A DNA stretch of 38,192 bases from Victivallaceae bacterium (GTDB taxonomy: Bacteria > Verrucomicrobiota > Lentisphaeria > Victivallales > Victivallaceae): NCBI GenBank assembly GCA_045651565.1, contig JAZRSP010000263.1, positions 1 through 38,192 on the forward strand. The letters run 5' to 3'. The notes beneath the pieces were generated by a model, which saw only the letters and a program-made list of their open reading frames with translations, was not told the DNA's origin and ran no database searches. Every line of letters begins with the position of its first letter. Position 1 is the first letter of the stretch. Made by a program: the position numbers and the translations under genes. Shown piece by piece: positions 35,228 to 38,192 of the stretch.

Positions 35228-37276
35228 TCAGGATCTGGACTCCTTGTCATGGCGTTTTTTGAAAAACTCATTAACCATATCTCCGCCACGCACCGTCACA
35301 CTGCACTTGGGATATTTCGGGCGGCTTGAAAAAATCAAACTCATGCGGTTAGAAAGACGCATTCTCGGATTGATTGCCCACGCACTCGCTGCCAAAAAGT
35401 CTGAAATACACCGATTATAAAGTTTACTCAATGACACCAAAAGCATCGGCGCACTGATGACCAGAATAATTCCGAAAAGCACCGCAAAAATCTGCCATAC
35501 GGACACACTCTTTAAACTGCTTACCAAAAATGCAAAAGCACTTCCGACCGCCGCCAAACCGAAACCGCCGCCCATAAGCAACATCGGCAAACTGGTTTTG
35601 CCGCCTGCTTGCGGAACTTTGGCACTATCGAGAATTTTACCGCTCTGAATATCTTGCGTAACAGCTTTGTCGAGTTCCTGATTTTTGCTGGAAAAAAATC
35701 TGTCTGCCTGCTTGCTTGAAAATTCCCCGAATTTCACAAAAGGTGCAAGCAATGCTTCTTTAATAGAAACCGGCTGCTGAATCAAATCAACCAACTTGGC
35801 GTCATATTCCACACCGTCGCAACCGCAAAAAATTCCCATTTTGCCGATAAAAATATTCCGCATTGTGCCTGCGGTAATCGCCACAGCCATAGTGTTTTTA
35901 TCAAAAATTCCGTTATTAGCAGAAACTTCCACATAAGCCACACAGATATTGCTCCGGGAGATAATTTTCTTATGCTCCGCCATATTTTTAACCATAGTTG
36001 CAAGTGAAAAATGTTTTCCGTCCAACACCAGATAACCGGTCTGCATAATCGCAAACTTCTTGGGGTCAAAAAGTTTAGACAAATTCACAAAATTATTGAC
36101 AAATTCCAACATATTTGCTTGATAAACCATAAGTTTCCGCAATTTTTCGTAACCGTCAATTGCGCTTTTTACCGACAAATCACGCTCAATCAAACGCAAG
36201 ACATCATCGTATGCTTTGATCTCCGCCCATTCTTCCAATTTGCTTACTGCGAAAATATTAAACTTATCGGTCGGTCGAGCTTCATAGTAACTTACCACTG
36301 AATCCATTTCGCCCAATTTGTCATTAAAAGCACTCATCTCCAACTTGTTATCCTCTGCGAAAAATCCCAATTTTGCTCCCAATGCCATATATTTTTTCAA
36401 ATCGCCCTTGTAGCAGGGATTGATCCATGAATTTTCAATATCAATCACACCGTTAGAATTAACTTCGCTGAGCAAGCCGCCTTCAAAAAACTTGCGGATA
36501 TCTTCGGCACTGTTGCCATTAACTGTCGCCTCCCCGAAGCCGATTGTTTTGAAAATCTTGAAATTCGCCGCTTCGCAAAGATCAAAAAACTCTATCAACT
36601 TGCCCTTTAACTTTTTATGCAACTCAATAAACTGCAATACTTTAGCATCACAATAATCAACTTTGCCGTTTTTGTACCAACTCAAATAAGCCGTCATCGA
36701 AGAATTGAATAAATCCAATTCTTTTTTGCCGATTCCGGGAAGAGTGGATTTATCCGGAGTATTACCCTCAATTGACTCAACCGCACGCAAATACTCCTGC
36801 AACACCGCAGAGTCAATTTTGTCAATCACAATCACTCCGTCGCCATTCAACGATGCATTCATATACAAATTGGCGAATGAAAGTTCCTCAAATGTCAAAG
36901 TTGCCACGCCCTCTTTGTGCAAATTACCGGCAATCAATTCAATGGTATTTTTAATATCTTTGGCATCTGCATTATTTTCATAATTCAAGTCTGCGATTGT
37001 AACCGAAGTTGTACGCTCATTGATTCCGTGATAATCTTTAAGCACATCAAGCAGCCACGCAACTGCATTTTTTACCTCTGCAACTCTAATTCGCTGATTT
37101 TTGTCGGTATCCATGTAGGTCAAAAAGTCTTTATTGAAAACCACATGGTCAATTCCCATACCGTTTACAGCCCAATGGGCGGCATCCAGCACGAGTATTT
37201 TCCGCAAATCAGTTGCTTTCTCGACAAGCAGCTGCTTTGCCGAAGCGATTTTTTTAAATCTCATTTGTTTTGGCAT
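35228..37276 (-). CDS. Hypothetical 682-aa protein: large cytoplasmic body with one EF-hand-like loop, C-terminal TM hairpin and basic tail
   Basis: Strong RBS GAGGTGG. No signal peptide. DTDKNQRIRVAE (aa 56-67) fits DxDxNxxIxxxE. Two adjacent hydrophobic helices lie at about aa 570-625. The stop is 18 nt before the trmO ATG. Confidence 0.65.
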   Translation of the reverse strand: MPKQMRFKKIASAKQLLVEKATDLRKILVLDAAHWAVNGMGIDHVVFNKDFLTYMDTDKNQRIRVAEVKNAVAWLLDVLKDYHGINERTTSVTIADLNYENNADAKDIKNTIELIAGNLHKEGVATLTFEELSFANLYMNASLNGDGVIVIDKIDSAVLQEYLRAVESIEGNTPDKSTLPGIGKKELDLFNSSMTAYLSWYKNGKVDYCDAKVLQFIELHKKLKGKLIEFFDLCEAANFKIFKTIGFGEATVNGNSAEDIRKFFEGGLLSEVNSNGVIDIENSWINPCYKGDLKKYMALGAKLGFFAEDNKLEMSAFNDKLGEMDSVVSYYEARPTDKFNIFAVSKLEEWAEIKAYDDVLRLIERDLSVKSAIDGYEKLRKLMVYQANMLEFVNNFVNLSKLFDPKKFAIMQTGYLVLDGKHFSLATMVKNMAEHKKIISRSNICVAYVEVSANNGIFDKNTMAVAITAGTMRNIFIGKMGIFCGCDGVEYDAKLVDLIQQPVSIKEALLAPFVKFGEFSSKQADRFFSSKNQELDKAVTQDIQSGKILDSAKVPQAGGKTSLPMLLMGGGFGLAAVGSAFAFLVSSLKSVSVWQIFAVLFGIILVISAPMLLVSLSKLYNRCISDFLAASAWAINPRMRLSNRMSLIFSSRPKYPKCSVTVRGGDMVNEFFKKRHDKESRS

Positions 37277-37432
37277 AATCCACCTCGAAATATATTTTGT
37301 TGCTATAATACTTTTTATACACCATTAAATTAACACCGTTTAGGCTATTTTTCAAATTAAATTAAGCAACTTTCCAAAGTTTTTGTAATTACATGCGAAA
37401 TTCAGCAGAAATAGTCCACTTAAATCGTGGAT

Positions 37433-38192
37433 CTACAACAACTCCATAACAATCTCATCCCAAAAAAGTAAGCCCTTGGGAGTTAAGGAGATACGATTTT
37501 CTGAAACATTGAAAAAATCTGGGTAACTCTGCGACAACTCCCGCACTCTGGCAATATAAAAATCAAATCCCCCCGGATATTTGACTTCAAACTCTGATTT
37601 TTCCCAACCGTCACAACAGCGTAAATTTACGGCAAAAATCTCATTGCGCCGCTCTTCGAAAGATATTGCATCATCTTCTATCTCCCTGAACTTAAAGAAC
37701 TTATCAAGCGAAGACGCATAACTGAACCGCGTCTCCCCATGAAATGAACTCGCCGACGGGCCAAGCCCCAGAAGCGTCCCTCCGCGCCAAATATTGCGAT
37801 TATGCCGACATTGAAATTCCGGAGCTGCCGCGTAATTGGAAATTTCATACTGTTTATAATGCGGATTATTGACCGCCATGGCATATAATTCAATGGCAAT
37901 ATCCTCATCAATTTTAATTTTTTTATCCGCCAATTCGGTCTGTTCTTCGAGAGTCAAGTTATAGCAAGACATGTGAGTTGCGCCTGCTTTTCTGACCTCT
38001 TCCAGGTCATGCGCAAAATCCTCCGTTGTTTCGCCGGGGATTGCATAAATGAGATCCAAATTAAAATTTTTTATTGCCGAGTTATTGATTAATTCTATTG
38101 CATTATAAATTGCCCTATCGGAGCAGTCACGACCCAAAATTTCACGCAATTTGCAATTAAAAGACTGTACTCCCATGCTCAAACGATTCACA
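37433..38192 (-). CDS. hemW: Radical SAM heme chaperone HemW / oxygen-independent coproporphyrinogen oxidase-like, C-terminal part; gene continues past the right edge
   Basis: NRLSMGVQSF, NLDLIYAIPGET and the C-terminal HemN_C-like region (ISLTPKGLLFWDEI). The reading frame is open to the window end. Confidence 0.85.
   Translation of the reverse strand, partial: VNRLSMGVQSFNCKLREILGRDCSDRAIYNAIELINNSAIKNFNLDLIYAIPGETTEDFAHDLEEVRKAGATHMSCYNLTLEEQTELADKKIKIDEDIAIELYAMAVNNPHYKQYEISNYAAAPEFQCRHNRNIWRGGTLLGLGPSASSFHGETRFSYASSLDKFFKFREIEDDAISFEERRNEIFAVNLRCCDGWEKSEFEVKYPGGFDFYIARVRELSQSYPDFFNVSENRISLTPKGLLFWDEIVMELL

Overview
AT-rich bacterial chromosomal window with about 42 protein genes. I recognise no tRNA, rRNA, CRISPR array, transposase, integrase or phage gene.

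Layout:
- 1-1525, minus strand: UPF0210 fragment, ACT protein, gmhB.
- 1825-7027, plus strand: leuA behind a possible Leu-rich leader, a micro-ORF, a PBP5-type DD-carboxypeptidase, a 363-aa orphan, glucose-6-P 1-epimerase and a DUF486 protein.
- 7017-38192, almost entirely minus strand: an eight-gene mixed operon (7017-13581), DUF493-nifS-nifU, a tail-anchored orphan, a secreted metallophosphoesterase, two membrane proteins, uxaC-uxaA-uxaB with a LacI regulator, dnaE, tgt, YihY/BrkB, speD, a PpiD-like chaperone, an insulated TetR gene, trmO, a 682-aa orphan and a partial hemW.

The only plus-strand gene in that block is a 50-codon small basic protein (18241-18393). It is missing from the ORF track and is masked by a spurious 100-aa antisense ORF. 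Other genes I translated by hand are the UPF0210 fragment (1-592), a 54-aa membrane micro-ORF (3523-3687) and a 58-aa lipobox protein (11963-12139). Four ORF-track N-termini are TTG extensions, and I trimmed them to ATG starts that have ribosome-binding sites.

A lipobox protein, GmhB, an ArnT-like GT-C transferase, PBP5 and a PpiD-like protein point to a diderm envelope.

Best candidates for undescribed biology:
1. The gap-free operon at 7017-13581: coiled-coil anchor, two micro-proteins, orphan Opp-type ATPase translationally coupled to a GT-C transferase, split YeeE/YedE and a radical-SAM protein.
2. The 682-aa protein with an EF-hand-like loop and a C-terminal TM hairpin, just upstream of trmO.
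3. A SpeD carrying a degenerate second AdoMetDC-like domain.

None of these is a clear new system; most of the window is ordinary housekeeping. All functional calls come from motif recognition by eye, with no database search or folding program.
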